NCBI GenBank assembly: GCA_038321985.1
Contig: JBBQFN010000033.1
Span: forward strand, 1 to 60,175
DNA length: 60,175 bases
Reading direction: 5' to 3'
Origin: Cyanophyceae cyanobacterium
GTDB lineage: Bacteria; Cyanobacteriota; Cyanobacteriia; Cyanobacteriales; Laspinemataceae
This document shows, one piece after another, positions 1-8,975 of this stretch; position 1 is the first letter of the stretch, and each line of letters opens with the position of its first letter. The notes beneath the pieces are model-generated. The model did no database searches, had not been told where the DNA came from, and was given only the letters and a program-made list of their open reading frames with translations. Both the position numbers and the translations under genes were made by a program.

Positions 1-846
1 GAATTCTTTTTGCCAATGCCAACAAATTTAGACTGGCAGGTTATTAAAGAAATTTGCCTCTTGCCTAGAAACGGTGCATTCTATGCTGAGTTTGTTTATT
101 TAGCTCAAACTTTTGAGATTGCGTTAGACCCTAACAAAGCACTAGGAATTGACCCTGGGTTGAATAACTGGCTAACGTGTGTTTCTAATTCAGGGGACAG
201 TTTCATTGTTGATGGCAAAGAGTTGAAGGCACTTAACCAGTGGTACAACAAACAAATTTCGACTCTGAAAGATGGCAAGCCTCAAGGGTTCTGGTCCAGA
301 ACCCTTGCTCAGATTACCGAAAAACGAAATAGACAAATGAGGGATGCCGTAAACAAAGCATCTCGAATTGTTGTTAATCGTTGCCTTACCGAAGGTATCG
401 GGTTAATCGTGTTTGGCTGGAATGTTGGACAAAAAGATTCAGTCAATATGGGTAAGAAAACGAATCAAAAGTTTGTATCTGTCCCTACTGCAAGGTTAAA
501 AGATAGAATCGCTCAACTAGGCAAAAAGTATGGGATTCAGTTTGAAGAGACCGAAGAATCCTATACCTCTAAAGCAAGTTTCCTGGACAATGATGTGCTA
601 CCTAAATTCGGCGAAAAACCTGAACAGTGGCAGTCAAGCGGAAAACGTATAAAACGTGGATTGTTTAGAACTGGAACGTTTGGATATATCAATGCGGACT
701 GTAATGGTGCTGCCAATATCCTTCGCAAGCTAAACGTAAAGGGAAAGTTCAAATTAGATTTGAGCGGACTTATTAGAGGTGTTTTGACAGCGCCCATCAG
801 AATTAGGCTTTGGTCTAAGGCTGTGCAAGAATCCCCGTGTCTTTAG
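1..846 (+). CDS. tnpB: IS200/IS605-family RNA-guided endonuclease TnpB, 5'-truncated by the window edge
   Basis: Frame is open from base 1. RuvC-I LGIDPG, bridge-helix region (EKRNRQMRDAVNKASR), EESYTSKAS, RuvC-III NADCNGAANILRK, C-terminal QESPCL overlapping the IS right end. Confidence 0.93.
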   Translation, partial: EFFLPMPTNLDWQVIKEICLLPRNGAFYAEFVYLAQTFEIALDPNKALGIDPGLNNWLTCVSNSGDSFIVDGKELKALNQWYNKQISTLKDGKPQGFWSRTLAQITEKRNRQMRDAVNKASRIVVNRCLTEGIGLIVFGWNVGQKDSVNMGKKTNQKFVSVPTARLKDRIAQLGKKYGIQFEETEESYTSKASFLDNDVLPKFGEKPEQWQSSGKRIKRGLFRTGTFGYINADCNGAANILRKLNVKGKFKLDLSGLIRGVLTAPIRIRLWSKAVQESPCL

Positions 847-882
847 ACATCGGGAGTGTCAATCATAGAAACCCTTGAGATG
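700..882 (+). ncRNA. Putative TnpB omega/reRNA; scaffold overlaps the tnpB 3' end, guide comes from flank 863 to about 882 (5' boundary is a guess)
   Basis: Inferred from established TnpB architecture and the right-end position; not detected directly. Confidence 0.5.
829..862 (+). mobile_element. IS200/IS605 right end: subterminal hairpin plus TCAA cleavage tetranucleotide
   Basis: GAATCCCCGTGTCTTTAGACATCGGGAGTGTCAA contains an imperfect hairpin (CCCG-TGTCT/AGACA-T-CGGG) and ends in TCAA at 859-862. Confidence 0.85.
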
Positions 883-900
883 TTCTACTAACTTAATTCT

Positions 901-1599
901 GTGCTGACTTCCCTATTCCCATTAGAATCTGTCTTACCCCTGGGGTGGCAAGTGGCAGTCGTTGCCTTGTGGTTGGGGTTCCTGCTGATTGTAGCTGAGG
1001 GGTTGCATCGGTTTACCCAGACTAATTCTGAAGTGGTGCGCAAAGTTGTCCATATCGGGACTGGCAATGTGATTTTGCTGGCGTGGTGGTTACAAATTCC
1101 AGGTTGGGTGGCGATCGCTGCTTCTATTCTAGCCGGTGCGATTGCCCTAATTTCTTACCAGTTTCCGATTCTCCCGGGGATCAACAGTGTTGGACGTCAA
1201 AGTTTGGGAACGTTTTTCTATGCGATTAGTATCGGAATCTTGGTGGCGTGGTTTTGGCCGTTACAACTTCCTCAGTATGCGGCTATTGGGATTTTAATTA
1301 TGACCTATGGGGATGGTTTAGCCGCTTTAATAGGTCAGCGTTTTGGTCAACATCCCTATCAAGTTTGGGGGGAAAAAAAGAGTTGGGAAGGGTCAGCAAC
1401 CATGGCTGGGGTTAGTTTCTTCGTCACCGCTTCTATCTTGGCCGTTGTGGAAGGGAATCTCTGGCAAATAGGGATAATCGCTCTTCTTGTTGCTTTGGTG
1501 GCTACGCTTTTAGAAGCCTTTTCTAAACTGGGGATTGATAATCTTACGGTTCCCCTTGGAAGTGCGGGATTCTGTTTTTTCTTGCACCAATTTATTTAA
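901..1599 (+). CDS. Phytol/polyprenol kinase (dolichol kinase, CTP-transferase family)
   Basis: RKVVHIGTG, YGDGLAALIG, KKSWEGS and GIDNLTVPL motifs; polytopic membrane protein. Confidence 0.88.
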   Translation: MLTSLFPLESVLPLGWQVAVVALWLGFLLIVAEGLHRFTQTNSEVVRKVVHIGTGNVILLAWWLQIPGWVAIAASILAGAIALISYQFPILPGINSVGRQSLGTFFYAISIGILVAWFWPLQLPQYAAIGILIMTYGDGLAALIGQRFGQHPYQVWGEKKSWEGSATMAGVSFFVTASILAVVEGNLWQIGIIALLVALVATLLEAFSKLGIDNLTVPLGSAGFCFFLHQFI

Positions 1600-1655
1600 A
1601 AAAATTCCCTCTCTATTGCCCTTGAAATTGGGATATTTTGGGGTACATTTTCCAT

Positions 1656-1700
1656 AAAAGAACCCCATCGGAATCGATAGGGTAGGGATGAGGTTCTTTT
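1656..1700 (-). terminator. Intrinsic, probably bidirectional, terminator between convergent genes
   Basis: Stem AAAAGAACCCCATC / GATGAGGTTCTTTT. Its single mismatch becomes a G-U pair on the minus-strand RNA. Confidence 0.6.
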
Positions 1701-1744
1701 TAGGAATTTCCACTAATTTCAACGGTTTTTTCTATACTCCTGTC

Positions 1745-1891
1745 CTAAAAACCTTCTTCGTTTTTATTCGGGTCGCCGTCAAAGGGTTGAACCCCGGTTT
1801 CCGGATATTTATCATCGTTGGGTCCAAATATCCGGGCGGCTGCTTCTGAGACGTGCTGTAGAAAGTCACCAATGGTTTTTGAAAGATTCAT
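1745..1891 (-). CDS. atpT: 48-aa small protein, AtpTheta (Norf1)-like ATP synthase inhibitor
   Basis: Hand-translated, absent from the ORF track: MNLSKTIGDFLQHVSEAAARIFGPNDDKYPETGVQPFDGDPNKNEEGF. Amphipathic N-terminal helix plus EAxARIFGPxDDxYPxTGVQPFxGD, a conserved cyanobacterial motif; the family name is from recall. Terminator downstream. Confidence 0.78.
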   Translation of the reverse strand: MNLSKTIGDFLQHVSEAAARIFGPNDDKYPETGVQPFDGDPNKNEEGF

Positions 1892-2075
1892 GAGAAAAAT
1901 CCTCCGGCTATTTATTTCAGTAACAAAGTCAGCGATCGCTATCCCTAAACCTTGTTACTTTTTACTTTACAGGAGTTGCCAAGGCCGCAGTCGCTTTTGC
2001 AATATTTTTTATTATAACTTATTAGTTCGTAATCGTTTAATTAGGGAACTCACCGGGACGAGGCGGGGAAATTCG

Positions 2076-2093
2076 TTTACAACTTGTTACGCC
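2076..2093. promoter_or_regulatory. Possible HLR1 (RpaB-type) direct repeat
   Basis: TTTACAAC-TT-GTTACGCC with 10-bp periodicity, upstream of the atpT-like gene; imperfect match. Confidence 0.3.
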
Positions 2094-2451
2094 TTGAAAG
2101 CATAACAAATCCCATATTAAATTATAGCATACGGGTTGTAAATCCCGTTCTTTTCCCCTCTAAACCCAGTAGAGGCTAATCGCCCCTGTTACCGAAGCCC
2201 CCATGGTACGAGATTCCTGACCCCTTTCCCTAGTTACTGGGTTTAAGCCCGTTTTGGAGTCTAGGAGGCCGCCAGTCCCTGAATTCATCATCAATGACGG
2301 ACCCTAAACCTAATTTTCTGCCCGGGGAGAATATTATAGCCGGGAATTTTCATGAGTTTTACCATAACCTAGGGTCTAGAAGTGGCGGCAATTCTGAGTC
2401 TGTGTCGGCGATCGCTGACCTAAATGCTTTAATTTTTATCGAGCTACCCCC

Positions 2452-2480
2452 TTACACATTTTGGTAAAGGCTACTATAAT
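2452..2480 (+). promoter_or_regulatory. Sigma70-type promoter of the NAD operon
   Basis: TTACAC (2452-2457), 17-bp spacer, TATAAT (2475-2480), ending 32 bp before the pncB ATG. Confidence 0.65.
2459..2479. promoter_or_regulatory. NrtR operator overlapping the -10 element
   Basis: TTTTGGT-AAAGGCT-ACTATAA fits the 21-bp GT-N7-AC palindrome of NrtR sites; nrtR is in the downstream operon. Confidence 0.75.
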
Positions 2481-2512
2481 TAGGCAAACCGCTCTCAGAA
2501 GGAAGCTGGCAC

Positions 2513-3925
2513 ATGGCAACTGCCACTGAACCCCACGATCTCGATCCTCAACCGCTTTCCCAAGCGGGTAAAGAAGGATTAGAACTGACTATTGTCCCGG
2601 AGGACTATAGTCTGTTGACCGATCTCTACCAATTGACAATGGCTGCCTGTTACACCGGGGAGGGTCTTGACGGCAGAACCGCCAGCTTTGAGCTATTTGT
2701 CCGCAAACTTCCTGAAAGTTTTGGGTACTTAATTGCAATGGGTTTAGCTCAAGTCTTTGAGTACCTAGAGCAATTCCGGTTCACCGAGGCGCAGATTGCC
2801 AGTTTGCAAGCGACTGGGATTTTTTCCCGGGCTTCCGATAAATTTTGGACCCTACTCGCCGATGGGCGGTTTCAGGGTAGTATTTGGGCCCTTCCCGAAG
2901 GAACAGCAGTCTTTGCTAATGAGCCTTTGCTGCGTGTTGAGGCTCCTTTGTGGCAAGCGCAACTCGTAGAAACTTATTTACTCAATACGATTAATTATCA
3001 AACCCTCATCGCGACGCGATCGGCGCGCATTCGTGATGTAGCCGGTCCCGAAGCCTCGATTTTGGAGTTTGGAACCCGCAGGGCGTTTAGTCCTCAAGCA
3101 TCCCTGTGGGCGGCACGTGCAGCTTTAGCAGCAGGAATGGATGCAACCTCTAACGTTCTGGCTGCACTCAAGTTAGGTCGGAAACCTTCGGGAACGATGG
3201 CTCACGCCCTAGTTATGGCCCTATCCGCTACGGAAGGGAGTGAGATGCAGGCGTTTCGAGCCTTCCAACATTATTTTCCCGGTTCTCCGTTATTGATTGA
3301 TACTTACGATCCGATTGAGGCAGCCCGGAAAATTGCCGATCGCCTACAAGCCGGAGAAATGGAAGTAGGCGGGGTGCGTCTGGATTCAGGGGATCTCATC
3401 CAATTATCCAAACAGGTTCAAGAACTGCTTCCCGATGTACCCATTTTTGTGAGTGGGGATTTGGATGAGTGGAAAATTGCTGAGTTGAAAGCCTCCGGTT
3501 GTCCGATTGATGGCTTTGGTGTAGGAACCAAGCTGGTGACGGGTGCGCCGGTGAATGGGGTTTATAAAATTGTTGACATTGATGGAGTGCCGGTGATGAA
3601 AAATGCGAGCGGTAAAGTCAGTTATCCCGGACGTAAGCAGATTTTTCGGCGCTATCAGGATGGACAGATCGTGGGCGATCGCCTGGGATTGTTCACTGAG
3701 GAACTCCAATCCGATGAAGTGCCAATGTTGCAGCTTCTATTCAAGGAAGGAAAGCGGGTGCATCCTCCAGAAATGCTAGAGGCGATCGCAGAACGGACCC
3801 GACATTCCGTCGAGTCTCTTCCTCCGGAAGTTCGCCGGATTAATCAACCGACCGGCGCACCTGTTGAAATTTCCAGCGCCTTACAAACCTTAACGACAGA
3901 AACCTTACAAAATTATAAAATGTGA
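2513..3925 (+). CDS. pncB: Nicotinate phosphoribosyltransferase
   Basis: LLTDLYQLTM, EFGTRRA, GTMAH, LIDTYD, VRLDSGD, GFGVGT motifs; NAD operon context. Confidence 0.93.
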   Translation: MATATEPHDLDPQPLSQAGKEGLELTIVPEDYSLLTDLYQLTMAACYTGEGLDGRTASFELFVRKLPESFGYLIAMGLAQVFEYLEQFRFTEAQIASLQATGIFSRASDKFWTLLADGRFQGSIWALPEGTAVFANEPLLRVEAPLWQAQLVETYLLNTINYQTLIATRSARIRDVAGPEASILEFGTRRAFSPQASLWAARAALAAGMDATSNVLAALKLGRKPSGTMAHALVMALSATEGSEMQAFRAFQHYFPGSPLLIDTYDPIEAARKIADRLQAGEMEVGGVRLDSGDLIQLSKQVQELLPDVPIFVSGDLDEWKIAELKASGCPIDGFGVGTKLVTGAPVNGVYKIVDIDGVPVMKNASGKVSYPGRKQIFRRYQDGQIVGDRLGLFTEELQSDEVPMLQLLFKEGKRVHPPEMLEAIAERTRHSVESLPPEVRRINQPTGAPVEISSALQTLTTETLQNYKM

Positions 3926-4110
3926 GCGAAACATTTTGAATCTCCCACTCTCCTCAATATACGGGGTGTACCCTTGGAGAGTTTTGCTCTTGCCCTCAAT
4001 TTTTCTTTTCGTCCGTGAGTGTTGAAGCGTTCATAAATCATCGATTGCGTAGGTTATACTCAGCACTCTGGCATTGATAGCATTTGTTGTTCTCACCCCC
4101 TCATCTAAAG

Positions 4111-4689
4111 ATGATCACCCTTGCACTATTTGGCACCAGCGCTGACCCCCCGACTAAAGCCCATGAAGAGATTGTCCGTTGGCTGTCTCAGCATTTTGAT
4201 CGCGTGGCGGTTTGGGCGTCGGATAACCCGTTCAAGTCTCACCAAACCCCCCTGTGCCATCGATCGCAGATGTTACAGTTGCTGATGGAAGAGCGGGACA
4301 ACCAGTGGAATAATATCTGTTTTGATTCGGAACTGAGTCAACCCCGGACCTTAGATACGGTGCGCATTGCCCGACAAAAATGGCCCGATGCCGAACTGTA
4401 TGTAGTCATCGGGTCTGACTTAATCCTCCAGTTGCCTCGCTGGTATCAGGTGGAGGAATTGCTAGCCCAAGTCAACCTACTGGTCGTCCCTCGACCGCGA
4501 TCGCCCATCCAAGACTCAGAACTAGAGACACTCCGGCAAATGGGGGCATCCGTGGCGATCGCCCATCTGCACCTGCCTGATGTTTCCTCCACCGCCTATC
4601 GTCAAACCCAAACCTCACAAGTTCTCACCCCGCCCGTTGCCCGTTATATCCAACGGGAAAATTTATACGCTTATCAGGACGTTAGCTAA
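4111..4689 (+). CDS. nadD: Nicotinate-nucleotide adenylyltransferase
   Basis: LFGTSADPPTKAH, VIGSDL and DVSSTAYR motifs; ATG 4111 preferred over the upstream TTG. Confidence 0.92.
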   Translation: MITLALFGTSADPPTKAHEEIVRWLSQHFDRVAVWASDNPFKSHQTPLCHRSQMLQLLMEERDNQWNNICFDSELSQPRTLDTVRIARQKWPDAELYVVIGSDLILQLPRWYQVEELLAQVNLLVVPRPRSPIQDSELETLRQMGASVAIAHLHLPDVSSTAYRQTQTSQVLTPPVARYIQRENLYAYQDVS

Positions 4690-4693
4690 ACCG

Positions 4694-5410
4694 ATGGCAG
4701 CGTCTTTGGGCCTTCCACTCAATTTTAAAGTGGGAGTTGATAATGCGATCTTCTCCGTCGATCCAGCACAAAATCGGTTGTTGGTTCTACTTGTCATGCG
4801 CGAAAGTGAGCCTTTTCTGGGCCAGTGGAGTTTACCGGGTACTTTAGTGCGGCACGGGGAATCCCTCGAAGATGCGGCGTATCGAATTTTATCTGAGAAA
4901 ATCCAAGTCCAGAATCTTTACTTAGAGCAACTGTACACCTTTGCTGGACCGGGACGCGACCCGCGAGAACTTCTGGAATCTCAGCCCTTGCGCTATCTTT
5001 CCGTGAGCTATTTTGCCTTAGTGCGGTTTGAAGAAGCACAACTGATGGGAACTGGAGTACGCGGGATTGCCTGGTATCCCCTCGATGAAGTGCCGCACCT
5101 AGCCTTTGATCACAATCGCATTGTGGAATACGGTCAGGGCCGCCTGCGAAACAAACTGGAGTATAGCCCGATCGCCTTTGATGTGTTGCCAGAACTGTTT
5201 ACACTCAGTGAACTTTATCAACTATACACGACGGTTTTAGGAGAAAATTTCTCTGATTATTCTAATTTTCGCGCAAAAATTCTCAAACTAGGATTTTTAT
5301 CCGATACGGGGATGAAAGTTTCGCGGGGTGCCGGTCGGCCAGCAGCCCTGTACCGCTTTGATGCCGAGGCATTCGCCCCTTTGAAAAATAAACCTTTAGT
5401 GTTTATTTAA
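4694..5410 (+). CDS. nrtR: NrtR Nudix-related transcriptional repressor
   Basis: Degenerate Nudix box (LPGTLVRHGESLEDAAYR), LEQLYTF, LAFDH, C-terminal winged helix (FTLSEL...SNFR...GRPAALYRF); ATG 4 nt after the nadD stop. Confidence 0.9.
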   Translation: MAASLGLPLNFKVGVDNAIFSVDPAQNRLLVLLVMRESEPFLGQWSLPGTLVRHGESLEDAAYRILSEKIQVQNLYLEQLYTFAGPGRDPRELLESQPLRYLSVSYFALVRFEEAQLMGTGVRGIAWYPLDEVPHLAFDHNRIVEYGQGRLRNKLEYSPIAFDVLPELFTLSELYQLYTTVLGENFSDYSNFRAKILKLGFLSDTGMKVSRGAGRPAALYRFDAEAFAPLKNKPLVFI

Positions 5411-5453
5411 GGATGATTTGAACCCGTTTAGACCCCCATTTGTCACTGAAACT

Positions 5454-7220
5454 ATGAAAATTGCGATCGCCCAACTCAATCCCACCATTGGAGATCTCCA
5501 AGGCAATTCCCAACAAATTCTCAAGGCAGCAAACCAAGCGGTAGAGGCGGGAATTGACCTGATGCTGACTCCGGAACTCTCTTTGTGCGGTTATCCTCCT
5601 CGGGATTTGCTATTGCGTCCCAGTTTTATCGAGGCCATGTCCTTTCAATTACAAAAACTGGCCCAAGAATTACCTGCGGCGATCGCAGTTTTAGTGGGAA
5701 CCGTGGAAACCCATGCCCTCGCCCACGCCACCGGAGGCAAATCATTATATAATAGTGTTGCATTACTCTTCAATGGCAAAATTCATCAATATTTCCATAA
5801 GCGTTTGTTGCCGACTTACGATGTCTTTGATGAAAACCGCTATTTTGAACCATCCTATGTGAGCAATTTTTTTAATTTAGGAGAGTTCGGCATTCCCAAA
5901 GCCGAAAGCGTATCCCCACCGATTCGCATTGGCGTCACAATTTGCGAAGACTTATGGAATGATGAAGAATTTTGGGGTAAACGTCACTACCCCAGCAATC
6001 CGATTGCCAATTTGGTAGAAGAAGGAGCGGATGTGATTATTAATTTGTCCGCTTCTCCCTACAGCATTGGTAAACAAAAACTCAGAGAAGCAATGCTCAA
6101 TCATGTAGCAGTCCGCTATCACAAACCGATTATCTATGCGAACCAAGTGGGAGGAAATGATGATTTAATTTTTGATGGCTATAGCGTTGCCTTCAACGGA
6201 ATCGGAGAAAGGGTCGCCATAGCTGCGGGATTTCAGCCGGATTTAATAGCAGTCGAATTAGACGAAACCACCCGAGATTTGCGATCAATTCCGTTCATTC
6301 CAGGGGCGATCGCTTCCGAAACTCTTACCCTCCCTAACCCCCCATCCCTGAGTGAAGCGGAGGAAATTTGGTCCGCCTTAGTGTTGGGAGTGGGTGACTA
6401 TACCCGTAAATGTGGATTTTCTAAAGTGGTAATTGGGTTAAGTGGCGGGATTGATTCCTCTCTGGTTGCGGCGATCGCCAGTGAAGCGATCGGACCTGAA
6501 AATGTTCTGGGCGTCCTTATGTCTTCCCCCCACACGTCCCACCAATCGGTCATCGATGCAGAGGAACTTGCCCAAAATCTGGGAATGAAAACCTACTTTT
6601 TGCCCATTAGCGATTTAATGGAGAGTTATGACTGCACCCTAGGGGATTTATTTAGCAACTCAGAACGAGATGTGACCGAAGAAAACCTGCAAGCGCGAAT
6701 TCGGGGCAATTTGTTAATGGCAATTTCCAATAAATTTGGATATTTGCTAATTTCCACCGGGAATAAATCAGAAATGGCCGTTGGATATTGTACCCTTTAT
6801 GGAGATATGAATGGGGGATTAGCCGCTATTTCTGACGTTCCTAAAACTCAGGTTTATGCCATTTGCCAATGGCTCAATTCCCGAGAACCGGGTAAAATTA
6901 TCATCCCTGAAAGTGTCCTCAGTAAACCCCCGAGCGCCGAACTCAAACCCGGACAAATTGACCAAGATTCCCTCCCCCCTTATGACATTCTCGATGATAT
7001 TCTCGATCGCCTGATTCATAAACACGAATCGATTCCGCAACTTGTAGCGGCAGGATATGAACCCGCCCTAGTGCAACGGGTGGTTAAGTTATTAAATGGG
7101 GCTGAATTTAAACGCCGACAAGCCCCGCCCGGATTGAAAGTCACCGATCGCGCCTTTGGGACAGGTTGGCGAATGCCGATCGCCGCTAAGGTCCCGCAAC
7201 TTCCCCGCTCTCTGGGCTAA
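5454..7220 (+). CDS. nadE: Glutamine-dependent NAD+ synthetase
   Basis: Nitrilase domain (PEL, KRLLPTYDVFDE, ICEDLW) plus synthetase domain (GLSGGIDSS, ENLQARIRG, TGNKSE, PPSAEL). Confidence 0.96.
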   Translation: MKIAIAQLNPTIGDLQGNSQQILKAANQAVEAGIDLMLTPELSLCGYPPRDLLLRPSFIEAMSFQLQKLAQELPAAIAVLVGTVETHALAHATGGKSLYNSVALLFNGKIHQYFHKRLLPTYDVFDENRYFEPSYVSNFFNLGEFGIPKAESVSPPIRIGVTICEDLWNDEEFWGKRHYPSNPIANLVEEGADVIINLSASPYSIGKQKLREAMLNHVAVRYHKPIIYANQVGGNDDLIFDGYSVAFNGIGERVAIAAGFQPDLIAVELDETTRDLRSIPFIPGAIASETLTLPNPPSLSEAEEIWSALVLGVGDYTRKCGFSKVVIGLSGGIDSSLVAAIASEAIGPENVLGVLMSSPHTSHQSVIDAEELAQNLGMKTYFLPISDLMESYDCTLGDLFSNSERDVTEENLQARIRGNLLMAISNKFGYLLISTGNKSEMAVGYCTLYGDMNGGLAAISDVPKTQVYAICQWLNSREPGKIIIPESVLSKPPSAELKPGQIDQDSLPPYDILDDILDRLIHKHESIPQLVAAGYEPALVQRVVKLLNGAEFKRRQAPPGLKVTDRAFGTGWRMPIAAKVPQLPRSLG

Positions 7221-7742
7221 AGGCATAAAAAAAACCTTCACCCTCCAGGATGCGGTTACAGGACTACGCTTTGTCGCAATGGGCTTTAGGGCGATCGCCT
7301 AGGGAGGCTCTTGTTTACATCAGAATTAAACAAAGGGGGTCGGGTATTATTACTTCCTCCTGATAGCCCCTTAATTGGGCGGGGACAGGGCGTAACAATT
7401 TCCTCGGGCTATTTATATTATGCCGACGCTGTTTCTAAAATAAATAAGGGTAAAAGTAGATGCAACTGACTGGATAACTGAGTTATTTAATGATCATCAC
7501 CAGGGGCGATCGCACAGCCTCATCTGATTGATTAAAATGCCTTTGGGGTGGAAACTCCTCAGCAGTGCTAGCAAATACACTGAGTATTAATGTGATAATC
7601 GCGGATAAAAATAGTTTTTCCCACATGATTGGTACACCTTCCTTGTCAATGCCCGATTCGATTCCTCATAGGACTAGAATCTCTGATTAGCCCGACCCAG
7701 TAAGTGATTCAGATCGCAAAGGACTGGTGAGATTTGAACAAA

Positions 7743-7770
7743 AGGGAGTGCGATCGAGATCGCACTCCCT
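7743..7770. terminator. Strong hairpin between convergent genes
   Basis: AGGGAGTGCGAT-CGAG-ATCGCACTCCCT, 12-bp perfect stem. Confidence 0.45.
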
Positions 7771-7898
7771 CAGTAAATTTCCGGAGAATAAGCGATTCCC
7801 AACCGGGGATCGCCTAGCCTGCGGGACATTGCATCCCTGTAGCCCTAAGCCTATCCATTCCAACAGCTCACCATTATTACAAAATCTTTACAATATCT

Positions 7899-8669
7899 TT
7901 ACAACATTAATCGCAGCAAAAGTACCCCCATCGAACCAACAAAGCGCATAAAACCGCCACCGCCTTCCTTTGCTTCTTCCGGATTTTGGGCAGCTTCGAT
8001 TTGAGCAAGCAGGACCTCCGTAGCTTCAAATGCTTGGGTATTGTTTTGACTGGCAAACAATTGTTTTGCATATTCTGCATCGCCTTGAGCTCCGGAAAAG
8101 TCTCCTGTATCGGCGCGAACGATACTCCGTGCGAGATAAGCCGGGGCAAATGCCGGATCCAAAACTAACGCTTGATTGAAATAGGCGATCGCCTTGACAT
8201 GATTGTTACGCTGGGCTTCTGCAACCCCCCAGTTATAGACATCCTCTACCGCTAACGCCGTACTCGGTGCGCCCACAGCCCCTTGGAGGTTCGCCCCCTC
8301 TAATTGTGCGCCGGTTAAGTTTACATCTACCAAATAGGCTTCGCGCAGATCCGCACCTCGCAGATCCGCACCCTGGAGATTGACTCCCATCAAGTTTGCG
8401 CCAAACAAAGAGGCCCCTTTGAGGTCCGCACCGCTGAGATTCGCGCCGGTGAGTTGAGCGCGACTCAGATTAGCCCGAACCAAATTCGCGCCGGTGAGTT
8501 GCGCATTCACCAAATTTGCCATCACCAAACCGGCACCGCTGAGATCGCACTGGAGGCATTGTTTGGTCGAAAGCAGTTGTTGAGTATGTTGAACATTTTC
8601 GGCAGTGGCAACACTGGCAAAGCCCAAAACACTGAGCAAGGCTGCGGGAAGGAGAAATTTTTGATTCAT
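7899..8669 (-). CDS. Exported pentapeptide-repeat protein with C-terminal TPR
   Basis: Signal peptide (ASVATA), CxxC-capped A(D/N)Lxx repeats, TPR-like segment (AIAYFNQALVLDPAFAPAY). Confidence 0.9.
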   Translation of the reverse strand: MNQKFLLPAALLSVLGFASVATAENVQHTQQLLSTKQCLQCDLSGAGLVMANLVNAQLTGANLVRANLSRAQLTGANLSGADLKGASLFGANLMGVNLQGADLRGADLREAYLVDVNLTGAQLEGANLQGAVGAPSTALAVEDVYNWGVAEAQRNNHVKAIAYFNQALVLDPAFAPAYLARSIVRADTGDFSGAQGDAEYAKQLFASQNNTQAFEATEVLLAQIEAAQNPEEAKEGGGGFMRFVGSMGVLLLRLML

Positions 8670-8975
8670 AGTCGATCCTTAATGGCTACAGAAAGACAGG
8701 AGTCTCCCCCAGGGAAAACCTGTGGAATCAACGCTTTGACCCCAGAGGTCACTTCATTATTTTAAAGGGTTTGGGGAGTGGGTAACGGGTCAATCCTGGG
8801 GATCACGTCATGTGTCGGAGTGTAGCGCAGACTTGCCGTGCGATCGTCCTCACAGGATTGGGGCGACTTGTGTCACAGGATTAACCCTGTTAGGCTCACG
8901 GGACCCCTAGCCTGCGATCGCTGCATCAGGAAACCTTTTCAGGCATATTAAGTAAATTAATCAGAGGTACTATCT

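Noticed and set aside
1818..2105. 95-aa plus-strand ORF in the track
   Set aside because: No motif, TTG start, and it overlaps the more credible 48-aa minus-strand gene.
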